Assembly: GCA_002245135.1 (NCBI GenBank)
Contig: NGBS01000312.1
Coordinates: forward strand, 62,001 to 126,000
Source of the DNA: Proteromonas lacertae
Taxonomy: Eukaryota
DNA: 64,000 nt
Reading direction: 5' to 3'
Shown: one piece after another, positions 24,113 to 37,489 of the stretch
Numbering within the stretch: position 1 is the stretch's first letter
Layout: each line of letters starts with the position of its first letter
Notes under the pieces: generated by a model
Databases searched by the model: none
Told to the model about the DNA's origin: nothing
Seen by the model: only the letters and a program-made list of their open reading frames with translations
Made by a program: the position numbers and the translations under genes

Positions 24113-24721
24113 ATGTCATCAAAGCCAAATATCCTAGATGCTAGTTTGGATAAAGTACCACCTCCTGTATTTATATGCTTTTAAGCTAATAGGTTTCTCA
24201 AAGTGCTTTTGCATATTTGTTTTCTGAAATGGTCCAATATTTTCAAGAAAGAGTTTTAAGAACTGATGATTTAGAGGATAAGTACATATAAACTATTATC
24301 AAATCTATTTTATAGACTTGATGAAGCTGGATTTTCTGTAGGAATAAAAATTGTTGAATTATTTTCAATAAGAGAAAAGAATTATAAGAGATTTACAACA
24401 ATATCACAATTACTAAATTTTATAACCACTGTAGTATGGAAACAATTATTTAACAAAACAATTGATACTGTAGAAAGAAGTAACGATAATGACTTGGAAT
24501 ATATGATATACGAAACAGATCCAATAACAAACACTTTTATTTCAGTTCCAGAAGATATTGGTGATGTTAATTGTGCAGCATTTATTGCTGGTATAATAAG
24601 AGGAATAGCAAATCAAGCTAGTTTACCTGCTAAAGTGACTACTCATTATGTAGAGTATGATGGAATTTTGAAAACAGTTTATTTAATGAAATTTGAAAAA
24701 AGTTGTACTGATCGTGAATAA
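24113..24721 (+). CDS. TRAPPC5: TRAPP complex subunit 5 (Trs31), 3 exons
   Basis: VSQSAFAYLFSEMVQY, LLNFITTVVWKQLF and FISVPEDIGDVNCAAFIAGII. Confidence 0.92.
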
Positions 24722-24781
24722 AGAATAAAAATAAATATATATATAATAAATAAATAAATAAAATTCTTAATAAAATAATTA

Positions 24782-25581
24782 TTATAACTCAATATATTTT
24801 GTTCTTAGAGGAATTGAAAAATCTATATTTTTCAACAATTCATCTTCATCTATATATTCAACATTAAATCGATTATTACATTCATTGATTATTTGATTAT
24901 GAAATTCATCAATAGAAGGTATGAAATCTGATAGTTTTGATAGAAATTCATTATGTTCTCTTTTATTTCTATATTTTGGTTGTTTCTTTGGATTTTTTAA
25001 TAACGACATATTTTCATTAGAATAATCCCATAGAAAGGATGTATGATGAACCATTTTTGTTTTAATAAAACCTATTGAATTTATATAAAAATATATACAT
25101 TGAGCATTACCTCCAAATTTCTTATTATGTAACAAATAATCATTTTCAAGTAGAGAAAATGATGGAATTTGATAATTATTTAACCGATTAAATACATTTT
25201 GATAGAATAATCCAAAATATTTGGTTAAAGTAGGTGGAAAACATAATTCTGGAGGGAAGAGTGATTTGTTAAGAATGAATGATATAAAATATGTATTTGA
25301 ATCACATACAACAGTTCCTCCACCAGAATATCTTCTAATAACAGGAATTTTTAAAGATTTTATTTTTTCTAGATTCAACATTTCTTCAGGTTTGTTAGAT
25401 ATTCCTAAAACTACATGCGTATTTATTGGACCTCTGCTAAAAATACACCAATTCTGTTGTGATGTTCTCATTAGATTCTCTTGAATTTTAATTCTGTCTA
25501 TCAAAGTTCCACTATAATCATATTTCGTTTTATTATAAATATATACTAAGTTAATTTCTTTACTATTCTAATCTTTTGCAT
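24782..25581 (-). CDS. Lipoate-protein ligase A-like
   Basis: RRYSGGGTV, KKFGGNAQ, HHTSFLWD and PKYRNKREHNEF; includes a 27-nt in-frame intron after GNAQ. Confidence 0.88.
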
Positions 25582-25634
25582 GTCAAGCTTTTTTCTTCTT
25601 ATCAAGCTTATTATTTCTTTTTTTGTTTTTTTTA

Positions 25635-25973
25635 ATGGCTACAACAGTCAAAGAGCCTTATGTATTTAAATTTTCTATATATATTGCAGGATTTAATAAA
25701 ATGCAGTTTAGGTGAAAGAATTTATGTGAAATGTAGAGGTGATCATGAACTTAGAGGTGTTTTGCATGTATGATTAGATTTAATATAATTTAGGCATATG
25801 ATGAACATTTAAATATGGTGTTAGGTGAAGTAGATGAAATAGTGACCACAAAACAAATAAATCCAGCTACAAATGAAGAATGCTATCCCCAGACTCATCG
25901 AACAATCCCAATGTTATTCTTAAGAGGAGATACAGTTATACTAGTTTGTCCACCACCAAGAACTGGAGTATAA
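25635..25973 (+). CDS. LSM3: U6 snRNA-associated Sm-like protein LSm3, 3 exons
   Basis: Spliced: [63 protein letters not shown]. Confidence 0.93.
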
Positions 25974-26181
25974 TTTTTTAATCTTCATTTATTTGTTATT
26001 ATATATATATGTATTTATACATAACACCAAAAATAGATAGAAAAATGAATAAATTAATTTAGTATCACATATATATACATATAAAAAAAGAAAAAACAAT
26101 ATACCCAATAAAAATACAAAATGATTTACAAATACAAAAAAAATTACAATACTAATACAATACAAAATACACAAAAACCAA

Positions 26182-29100
26182 TTACTTCATTTTTGTATTT
26201 TCTTTACATAATTCTGCTAATGCCCAATTAGCGTCTTTCTTTAAACCTGGATCATCAGTTTTATTACCGATTCCTAATATAGTTTCAATAGATGGATTTA
26301 GTTTCAATTTATTCTTACACTCTGGTATTAATCTTGACAAATCACCAATCAAACCACTAGCTTTCTTCATCATTTCAATCACAGAATCACTATAATAGTC
26401 ATTACCATTTATTAATTCACTAATATCAGGTTCACATGTGATTTTAAGGAATAATGGTTGAATTACTTTCACATAACTCATATCCAATAGTTGTGGAAGT
26501 TTTAAAGTTGAGAAACTGTTGAATAATCCAACTAAACAATCTAAGATTCCAGATCGTAGATTTATAATATATTCTAATTCATCAGGCTCTTCTATATCTA
26601 ATTTGACACTGATTGCTCCTTCACACATTTCCAACGTAGGTGTTATAAACCTATAAAATATATATATAAAAATATATAATTATAATTTATATATAAATTA
26701 TATAATCAGATATTTGTAGTTATATTTTTATCAACACTTATTATTATCAGTGGATTGACAGATATATATATAACAAAATACATCATATTATATATATATA
26801 TATATATATATAAATATACACTTCATAATCATCTTTAATTCCATCAGCTAAATCTCCCAGTACACTGAATAAAGTTGGTTTAATATCTCTTACTACTTCA
26901 TTATTCTGTAAACACAATATTATTGCATTGATATAATCATTAGCATATGTTAATAAGAAAGCGGTACTAGTAGTATTATTACTACTATCTTCATTACCTA
27001 AAGAAGCAATATCTGATATAATAGCAACTGTAGCTGATAAGATATTACTATCAGAATATTCCTTCATATTCTTACATATAATAGTATGTAATCTTGGTAG
27101 ATAATTAGTAATATTTAATCCAACACAAGATATAAGTGAAGATAATGAGAGTAATATATCTTCATAAGAACTAGAAAATACTGGAGAACTTAAGATAATT
27201 AATGCATTATTAATAATAGTGTCCATCATCTGTGTATTAAATATTTCATTAACATTATTACTATTAGATAATCTTTGATATAATACTTGTAGGGTACCAT
27301 GCATTAAACCAATTGATAAGACAGACTGTGAGTCAAATACACTATTACTTTGTAGTTTCATTGTAATATCCTTCAATACATGCATCAATATTGCAGTCAT
27401 TAAATTCATGCAATTATTACCAACATACTCAATCCAACTATTAACAGCTTCATAACTTTCTATTAATAAGTTTTCAAACTGTATGTTTTGTTGGTTTTGT
27501 ATATTAACAACACTATCTGATATCATTAATAACTTCTCTACTACTACTTGGAAGTGTAATGATAATATATTATTCTCAGGTATGTCGTTTCCATCAACAT
27601 CATTATTCTGCTTTTGTATTTCACCTATTCTATGTCCAATATTATAAAATGAAGTACAAGCTCTATATGCAATGTGACTATCCATACTCAAATGTGATAA
27701 TAATTGAGTTATTATATCACTCCATTGGTTTACTGGTATATTGAAAGTATAATATTCAAATATTTTGTTCAAACACCATGCTGCTGTCTCTTTAACTAAT
27801 AAACAACTATCATTTTGAATTAGTAAGAAGAATCCTGGCATTGAACCAACAGCAGTATTAATAAACTCTTCTCTATCAATACATTCACATAAATCACCAA
27901 AGAACAATAAACCTGCATCTCTAATCTTCCAATCACTGTGTGTAAAACAGGGTTGAATTAATGGGAATATCACGTCCAATATATCATTACCTATCAACTT
28001 GGCAATTAAACTAAAACATACCGCAGATGCTGCTTTTATATCCCAGTTCTCACATGGTATATCTATATCTGTATATTTAGCTAATTCGAATAAAGCTGGT
28101 ACTAATGTTGGATAAGCGTTTTTAATGAAGCTTGCATTGTTTTCACTATCTATTTCTGCTTCTGTTTCACAGAGAGTTGACCAGAATTCAATTGCCATTA
28201 AAACTACATTTTCATCTACACTATCTACATTCTTAAAGACTGTATAAGTTAATTTGTAGATTACATCCATATATTTAGCTAAATATTTGTAATATAAATA
28301 AGCGATGTGGACAAAGCATTCATAGGCTGATTTTTGTACTTCAATCAAGTTGTCTGCTACAGCTGCATTACAGATAGCTTCCATAATAGCATTACGTTGT
28401 AATTCATATTTGAAGTTTTCTTCAATGTGCTCCATACTATGGTCTAATGCAACTGTTGCTGCGAGACGAGCCTTGGTCGAGTTTGTGTCTGTCATACTTT
28501 TGAATATGACAGTTAAGTATTCATTGATAACTGCTTGTTCGATTGTTCCTTGTTCGATACCTTCACAGATATAGCCTAAGCAGGTAAGACAATTGGCTTT
28601 TACATCTTCAACTGTTGTATTTTGAATCTATTTTAAAGTAAATTATTTAATTATAATTGATACACATTGTAAGACTCCTGGGAATAACTCATTCCATGTG
28701 TGATTCTCTAATTCCAATATACCTACAACTGATAGTGCCATTAATGCTACTTTTGAACCAATTATGTCAGTCATTGAATTTGATAACTATATATACAAAA
28801 AAAATATAAAAATAAATTATAATATACTAATGTTTTAATTTCATTTTTCATTTCTATATTCATTGATGACCATCTTCTTTGTAATTCTTCTGTTTTTATA
28901 TCATCCTATTTGTTATATAACCAAATAAATATACATTTGAGTATTTTAATGACTGATGGATTAATACACCAGCATAATATCGATCATTTTCAGTGCATTG
29001 TGCATTTCCAACTATCTTTGCTAGTGAATCAATATATTGTCCTAAATCAGTGTTCTCAGCAGCATTTAACGTTAATTCAGCCTGTTTACGGATGTTATCA

Positions 29101-29215
29101 TCTATAGAGTAAGAAAATGAGTGAAGTTTATCAAGAAATGAAAATTTTAATTGTTATAATTCAACATACCTGGACTACTAAAGTTTCTGATAATTTGAAT
29201 AAGTTCAGCACTCAT
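26182..29215 (-). CDS. KPNB1: Importin subunit beta-1 (karyopherin beta), multi-exon
   Basis: HEAT repeats with AIEFWSTLCE, QRNAIMEAIC, WKIRDAG, VKETAAWCL and IKPTLFSVLGDLA. Confidence 0.9.
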
Positions 29216-29487
29216 TGTATAAGTCAAAAATCGTGATGCAAACAAAAACTAACAACAGATTTATGGCTTTAGATGATTATTTAAAAACACTATTTAAAAT
29301 TTGAATTTTGGATTCGTTGTGGTTTTTGTCAAATTGCTTTTTAAGAACATTGAATTTTGCATTAACTAAGTAGCAAATAACAACATATTATATTCTTATA
29401 AATCAAGATAAGTGATATATATTATTGAGTTAATTTGCATTAATATGTAAAAAACAAAAGAAATCTATCAACATTTTAAAGACATGT

Positions 29488-31436
29488 TTATAACCTTGGT
29501 TGGAATGACTGAGTTTCATTATCATATCTCAAACATGGAAAATGGAATCTAGAGTAATTTGTTGGATTTGCTGAAATAACATCCAAACACATCTGCAATC
29601 TCTTCAACTGATACGTCAGAAGATCATAATCGATATTCTCTTTATCTTGAATAAATTCGTCATAGAATGCATTAATCTCAATTTCTATACACTTTATCAC
29701 ATTAGGAGATAAATAATCACAATCTTTAGATGATATAATTGCAATTTGACTTGGTGTTAATGGATAATCTAATGGAATTCCAACTACCACTTTACATTCA
29801 ACTAATTTAAAAAAATAACATATATAAAAAATATACATTTATTTGCATTAAAACCTGCATAATAGTAATTATAATATTCTGAAGCGAAATAATTACTATT
29901 ATAATGTAGTGAAGAAGGAGGAAATGCAGTTTTACAACTACTCCAAGAAGCAAATAAACATTTCGGATTTTGAAGTGGAAAATATAAACTACTGTTTATC
30001 TTTGTAGTGGAAATATCTAATTTTAATTGTGAAATAACAGGTAATAAAGTATTCTCCAAGTATCGATGACTTTCTAATCTTAACAGTAATTTCTTTAATA
30101 TTCCATTTGTTGATAATCTTGTATAATATGTTTTTAATTCATTATATTTTGGATTTCTATTGTCACTAGTTGTACTAGTCAAGCCACTGAGATACTGTAA
30201 CCATAAGAACGGTTGTTTATTTTCATTGGAAAATAATTCAGTATATAAATATTCAGTTCCATTGATTATTTCCATATATTGATCTTTCTGGTTGTAATAA
30301 AAACAGATAAATGAATTAGACGAATCTGAAAAGGTTAATTTTAATACATCTTTTTTTCTTTCTTGTTGTTGTTGTTGTAATGATATATCCATTTCAGATT
30401 GTTGTTGTTTTTCAGTGTGTTGATTATTATTGGTTTCTTCCATTTTATTACTATTCTCTTGAGATGTTGTAGTTATTTCTGGATTTGTACTGGATGGTGG
30501 AGGTGTAAATGGAGTTCTGGGAGTTCTAGGTGTGTCTGTATTATTACTACTGCTACTTAAACTCATTTCATCTGAATTATTATCAACATTATTCTCATTA
30601 TATATAAACTCAAAATCGACTTTATATTCTAAATATAATAAAAAATATAATTTAATATAATATATATACTATTAATTGTAATATAATGATTTAATAATGA
30701 ATATAATATATATAATGGAGATGGAACATCATTACACATTTCTAAATTCATCTCATCTTTTGATAATGTATATTGGAAATGTTCTTGTATTGGCTTTGTT
30801 GCATCTTCTAGTGTGTTTAAATGTGTATGTAATGAATCTAAAAAGCTTTGACTTTCATTCAACTCTTCATTTAATTTTACTCTTTTATGTTCTAATTCAT
30901 CTTTACTCTCTAATAATCTATTATTTTAATAAAAGTATATTATATACCTCTTTCGTTGATCCATCTCATATGATAACCGATTTAATTCTAACGTGTGGTT
31001 ATCCATCTTGTCGTTGTATTTTGAGGTTGGTGCTTCATTCTTAAATTCATCCATTGATAGTATTTCCATTGTATTGTATACTGAAGTGTTGTAACTCTCA
31101 CTTTTTTCAATTTCTCTTTTCAAGTTATTCTCTTGATAAAGTAAATTTTGTAAATCTAATTCATGTGTTTCTGTGATTCTTCTAACAGCATCTACTTTGT
31201 GCTTCCATTCTTCTAAATCAGAAAAGACTTTTCTATTGTTTGCTTTAAGTTCTGCAAAGTATAACGCAATTTGAGTTCTTATTGTATTGATTTTTGTTTT
31301 ATCCTAGAAAAATACAACATTAATGTACTTTTGACTTTGATAAAGAAAGAACTTCATCAGATAGGCTTCTTATTTTTTCTATAATTGCATTCATACGATC
31401 CAAATGAGCATTACTGCTGTCCTCTTCTATTTCCAT
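29488..31436 (-). CDS. THOC5: THO complex subunit 5 (FMIP)-like, multi-exon
   Basis: ELDLQNLLYQENNLKREIEK, HTLELNRLSYEMDQRK, VPSPLYILY and PFLWLQYLSG. Confidence 0.8.
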
Positions 31437-31577
31437 CACTTTAAAATTAATGAGCTTGATGTTAAGCTTGAGATGTGAAAGTCTTGATTCTCACTTTCTT
31501 ACGAAATATTATTATTATTAGCTTTATTTTAGTATAATAAACACATATAAAGAAATAAAAATACAGTTACAAACTAT

Positions 31578-32565
31578 CTATGAAATCTTTCCTAATACTT
31601 TTGCGAAATCATTATTTACATCTATTTCAATAGTATACAAAGTTATTAATATATATATATATATATATATACATGACAAAAACTCCCAATCAAAACCTTT
31701 TGCTTTTATTTTCTCAAGTAGTTTCAAAAAATCATCCTTTTCAACCGTTCCTTCTTTCTTTAGCTTTCGCAACAGTATTGCAATGCATCTCACAAACACA
31801 TCCTATTCATAAATAGCATAAGTTCATATATACTGTTGATTTTGTTATTGCTTCTAATCCAAATCTGTCAGGTCTAAATCCATGAATTGATATTAGTTTC
31901 TGAATATCGTCTGATGTTATTTCTGGCTTAAAATTCATCGCTTTTTCAACTCCTTACAACATTATAGTTAAAGTAGAATCATTTCATTAAATAATCATAA
32001 AAAAGATATAAGTTTTGGTTTTTTATCTGGATTTTTTCTTGGTGTAGAATCTGAATTATTGCTCATTGATATACTCGACTAATAGAATAACATAATGACT
32101 ATCAAAAAGATATACATCAGTTTTAGGAAGTGGTTGTTTATCTTCTTGTTTAATTTTATCATCTTTAATCTATTCATTTTATAGCTATTATTAATCTAAT
32201 ACTTGTTTTGATGACATTTCTTCATCTTTACTATGATTTTCCAACTTATTACCTGTTGGCTCTTTCTCTTCTTTAACTATTGGTTTTTCATCTTTTATTT
32301 CATCTTTAACAACAGCTTTTTCCTCTTCTTTAACTGTTACTTTGTCTTCTTCTTTGATTTTCACTGACTCATCTTTTATTGGTACGTTATCCTCTTCATC
32401 CTCTTCATCATCAGATTCTATTGCTATTTTATTGATTTTTGGTTTCTTTGTTTCGTTTTTTATCTATAATTCATAAACTGCAATCTATACATCAGATTCA
32501 TCAGATTCATGATTTCTTTTTTGTGCTTCAGTATCAGACACTACAAGTAAATCATCAACTATACT
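31578..32565 (-). CDS. Acidic/Lys-rich protein with a possible C-terminal histone-fold, multi-exon
   Basis: The spliced C-terminus ITSDDIQKLIS..GLEAITKSTDVFVRCIA..TVEKDDFLKLL..WEFL resembles NF-YC/DPB3-type histone folds. The model needs a split ATG and a U12-like intron. Confidence 0.45.
31954..32009 (-). other. Candidate U12-type (minor spliceosome) AT-AA intron, 56 nt
   Basis: 5' end ATATCTTTTT; branch-point-like TTCTACTTTAAC ending 13 nt before the 3' AA. Removal joins CTT|GGA in frame; no GT donor is present in this segment. Confidence 0.6.
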
Positions 32566-32782
32566 TTTATATGAAGAGAAAAAAAGAAATTAAAAAATCA
32601 AATCAGCTTGATACAGATTTGATTCTGTTTTTTTTTGATTTTTGTTTTTTTAAACAAATATTATTTTTAAGGTTTATATAAACACTCAAACAATTTTAAG
32701 AAAAAGGTCACTACAACGCTTTCTATACTTATTCTACCTAGCATCACACTATAATTTAATTCTATATTACAAAAGATTCACT

Positions 32783-34048
32783 TCACAATGGACCAGCTCC
32801 CCAGAGTGAATAAGTTGTAGATGTTGGTGTTGGTGTCGTACTACCAGCAGCAGTATTGGTAGCAGAAGAAGAAGTAGATGAAATATCAGAATCATGTGAA
32901 ATAAAAGTGTTGATAGTTTCTTGATTTTTCATATTTCTCCTTTGTAGATTTCTTAATTTATCAGCAATAGCTTCAGGATGATCAGGTAATAGATGTCTAT
33001 ATTTACATATTTCACCTCTATTCATTCTTTTACAGATACCAGTGTTTAAAAAATCAAAACACAACCTTGCATCAGCAGCTGCAAATGGATTTACCTCTTT
33101 ATCTGGACATTTTCTAAGATTATATTTCTTAATTTCTTCCTGAGATAATTTACCAGAATTAAATCTGTCAATTATTGCTTCTGGATGGTTCTTATTTAAA
33201 TGCCTATATTTACATTTTGGTAATGAACAAACGCCTTTGTTTAAATATTCATAACATAATCTATTCTCTGGTGGAATGTTGTTATTCTTATTCTTCTTAA
33301 TGTTATTAACTAGTATTGATGATGATGATGTTGTTGTTGATGATGATGATGATGATGGTTGAGGTAATGACGATTGTGGAAATGATAGTGACTGAGGTGC
33401 AGGTGGTGGTGTTAATGGTGATTGTTGTGGTTGTTGAGAAAGAGTTAAGTATGTAGGAATAACATCACAAGGAGATGATGACATATATTGTTGTTGTTGT
33501 TGTTGTTGATATAATTGTTGTTGATACATTTGCTGTTGTTGATGATGATACTGAAATTGTTGTTGTTGTTGTTGTTGAAAAACCAATTGAGGTGAATTCA
33601 ATTGAGGTGGTGGTAATTTTACTTGGAACTCTTGTTGATAAGATTGCATTATCTGTTGTTGATATGGTAATTGTAATGTACCAGGTGGTGTAGTTGGTGT
33701 TGATTGACATCCTGATATATTTCTCTGTGAATATGATCTATATTGTTGTTGTTGTTGTTGTATTGTTGGACTACATGATCTTGTGTTTGGTGTACTTGTT
33801 GTTGTTATTTGTTGCCTTTGTTGTTGACTGTTAGAAGGTGTTGTTGTTGTTGTTGTTGTGTATAATAATAATCCATTACTTAACATTGGCTGTGGCATCT
33901 GTTGCTGTTGTTGTTGTTGAGGTATTTGCTGTGGAGATGATTGAAAAACTGGAATATTTGATGGTTGTTGTTGTTGTTGTTGTTGTTGTTGCATTTGCTG
34001 CTGTTGTGGATTATTATTAGAAGTAGCTTGGATAGGTAATTGGGTAAA

Positions 34049-34080
<32 letters not shown>

Positions 34081-34821
34081 TTTGATCAGTAAACTGTGGT
34101 TGAGATGATGAAGACGCATTTAAAAATTCACTATAACTCACTACAGGAAAATCATCAAATTTATATTGTTTAGGATGGTGAGCATGACTACTACGATGTG
34201 ACATTTCTGGTGATGGAGAAGTGGAAGAACTATATCCACTGGGTGTAGTTGGCTCAGATTGAATTCTAATTGGATGATGGATAATATAATCTGATGAAGA
34301 AGAGTTTGATGAATTAGATGATGATCTACGCAAACGGATCTCAGGTACGTGAGGTTGTGGAGGCTGTGAATACATAGATTGATCCCATGATGGAATTGAT
34401 GTACTTATTTGAGATGTATAGCTTGACATTCTATTGTTCTTCATCTTATCAGCTATGGCATCAGGGTGGTTGGGTGGAACATGTCTGTAATGACATATTA
34501 ATCCTTGTTTTTCTCTACTACACTCTTGTTTGTTAAGAAAATCGTAACATAGCTTTGCTCCTGGTGTTGCATGAGGATTTAATTCCATTGCTATATTATA
34601 GAGGATAGAATATATACGTGGAGGATTAATGTTAGAATTTTGTTGTGAAGAGTAATAGACTGGTTGAGAAGGAATACTATTGTACCTATTAAATATAAAT
34701 ACATCTACAAATACATTGATGATGTGTCTATATCAGTATTAACATAAGTTGGTATATATTGAGGCCTGTTATAAATATATAGAGCAGATAAAATATACCA
34801 GTGTTCAGTTTTGTTTATCAT
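32783..34821 (-). CDS. CCCH zinc-finger protein with three LC(Y/F)xxLNxxxC..C(H/K)YRH..HPxAI repeats and a long poly-Q/S/T linker, 4 exons
   Basis: Three repeats are visible in ORF 32783-34588; three upstream short exons splice in frame from ATG 34821. Confidence 0.8.
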
Positions 34822-36343
34822 CTGATCTCATCAATTGTTATTTAAGAAATAAATAACAAGATTCAAAAAAAAATAATCGATTTTGAGTTTTTATTGGTTT
34901 ATTCAGTTTTGATGAAACAAACTTAAAATATAGAAATAAATACGATATTATTGTTGGGATAAGTATGCCACAAAGAATGTACGTAAAAAGAATAAACGCA
35001 AACAGGATGATTCTAGCAAAATAGTATTATTGAATAGTATATTAATTATTAACATGTCTAACCATCTACTAACACAAATATTATACATTTATAACTATTA
35101 AAACCTATAATCTTTAAACTACCCAAAACAAATAATTAACCCTTTTTTTCAATATTGCGTCAATATCATCAACTGATACATATGCATAATTATAAGGTTA
35201 TATAAAATTTTGTTGTTACATAGTTCAACTATTTCTAAATACTGATTAATTTCAATTATTATGATTATAATCTCTTGCCCCAACAACAGTCATACTCCAA
35301 AATGTCAATATCTTATTCACTTGAACATTATATACACAAATTTGACTATTTTAGAAATCTAAAATGTGTAACTGACGTTAATATTAGTCTATTAAATTCA
35401 TAATATGCTGAATATATGAAGACGTTACTCATAAGTAGTGATATACGATATAAATTTGTTGTGTAGTCTATCGAACAAAGACTATCTTCTAATGTTGTAG
35501 GTTAAAAAACAGTTCATACTCATCTATTCATTGTGATAATTATAATGTTTGTTTTTCTTCACAGAATACAGAATTATATAAAGATAATGTGCACATCTAA
35601 CTGAACTAGCTTAAAAACCGCCATAAATCCATGAAAAAATAAATCATATATTTATAAACCAATATAAACTACAAATGAGCACATTTAGCTAATATTTGGA
35701 TGATTTTATCTTCTTTGAAATTATAACCATTTTAGAGGATATATTAATATCTAATAGTGAGTCTAGCCACAATATAATCAATTAATAAGTATAATATAAA
35801 AAACTAACGTTTTTTAAGAATTTTGTCACTATTCCTACAAAACAATGAATTCCAAGGATATTAGTGATTAGCATTTAGCATAATTTTGTATATTCTATAT
35901 ATGAACATATACAAATTCCATAAGTTTATTATGATTAATGCTACATGAGACAGCAGGCCTCTTTATATTAATGAGATCAGTCCATTAAAATTAAGGTAAT
36001 TGCTGCTTAGTAATATTCAAACCTTAAAATGTCTTAATCAACATATATGATTTTTATTTAAATAAGTAATTATTTTTACAATCACAAGGTCAAATCTACC
36101 ACTATTATAAAAGCATTTATCAATTTTCTTAACAACTCAAATACTTCACCACCTTTGCTATCTGCCAAGAAAATATATATTTAAATCATATATTTATGTA
36201 TAATACCATTTAAATTAGCATGACTGTATTAAATAAATTATAAATGATTTTTTATTTCTATTTTGCTCAAACAAATATCAAGTCTGAATTTGAATAGAAT
36301 TAATTTTTGAACTTGATCATCAACAGAAAACATTTTCATTTGT

Positions 36344-37384
36344 ATGATATATAATGAACAGCAAAGAATTCAAATAAAAAATCCTAGTGTAATGAGAAAA
36401 ACATCTTTAATTCTTTTTTTTGTGTTTATAGTTATAACTATAGTCACATTCTTGGGAATAACGAATTTTACAAAGCAAGCAATGAAATCAAACAGAAATT
36501 TGTTACATAAGATTTATCTTGATTCAACAAAATCATATAGTTTATATCCATCCTTAAGAAGTGCATTGAAAAGAGCAGAAAAACATCCTGAATTAATGAA
36601 AGTAGATGAAAATATATCAAGTTGTGTTAGAGATAAAAATGCTGTTGTTTCATTATTAGAACTGAAAGATTTAAATACATTTTTATCAAAGAATTATGAC
36701 TTTTTAAGTCGTAAATATCAAGATCGAATAATAATATTCACAACAGAAACTAATGACAAAATCGAACAATACAAAGATATTGAATATGAATTAGTTGATA
36801 TTAAAGAAATCTTCAATTCTTATCCAATTGAATTTGACAGTGAGAATAGTACAACAGTATGGAGTAAAAGAAGTAAATGGAGTTATCATCATATGATTCG
36901 ATTTTTCTTTAAAGATGTATTTATTCATAAATCTATGTGTAATATAAACTATATGTTAAGATTAGACAGTGATTCAATACTAAAAATCAGTGAAAATCCA
37001 TTTTTGAGAATGAAAAATGAAAAAGTATACATGTATAACCGTGAGTTTTATGATTTACCATTTGTAGTAGTTGGTTTAAAACAATTTATAAAAGATTATA
37101 TAAGAATGAATAAGATGAGGATCAGAAATAATAAAAGATGGGGAAGTGCATTCAGAGGTGAATCAGTTTGTGCTTTTTATAATAATTTTGAAATTTCAAA
37201 AATATCATTTTTTATTAATCCTGAAGTTCAGAGATTGATAAATATAATTGATTTGAGTCATGAAATATTCGTTCATCGATGGGGAGATGCTACTTTAAGA
37301 TATTTAATTATTGCAATATTCTGTGAAGAGAAGTATTTGATTAATATTCCAGATGAATGGGATTATTATCATCCTTGGGAATGA
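36344..37384 (+). CDS. GT15 (KRE2/KTR-like) alpha-1,2-mannosyltransferase-like, type II membrane, intronless
   Basis: SYHHMIRFF, YMLRLDSDS, FYNNFEI and HRWGDA motifs; TM anchor near the N-terminus (start may be ATG 36392). Confidence 0.85.
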   Translation: MIYNEQQRIQIKNPSVMRKTSLILFFVFIVITIVTFLGITNFTKQAMKSNRNLLHKIYLDSTKSYSLYPSLRSALKRAEKHPELMKVDENISSCVRDKNAVVSLLELKDLNTFLSKNYDFLSRKYQDRIIIFTTETNDKIEQYKDIEYELVDIKEIFNSYPIEFDSENSTTVWSKRSKWSYHHMIRFFFKDVFIHKSMCNINYMLRLDSDSILKISENPFLRMKNEKVYMYNREFYDLPFVVVGLKQFIKDYIRMNKMRIRNNKRWGSAFRGESVCAFYNNFEISKISFFINPEVQRLINIIDLSHEIFVHRWGDATLRYLIIAIFCEEKYLINIPDEWDYYHPWE

Positions 37385-37489
37385 AATATTATTCTATTAA
37401 ATTAATATTTATTCTTTTTTTTGTTATTTTTTATTTTACCAAATATAATAGAAAAATAGAGAATATAACTATATTGAATAATAATCATT

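Noticed and set aside
33465..34119. Overlapping poly-V/T/L/I ORFs in the ORF track
   Set aside because: These are alternative-frame translations of the CAA/AAT triplet repeats of the CCCH gene.
34900..36340. 1.4 kb spacer upstream of the GT15 gene, possibly a decayed gene
   Set aside because: No sustained reading frame or recognisable motif on either strand.
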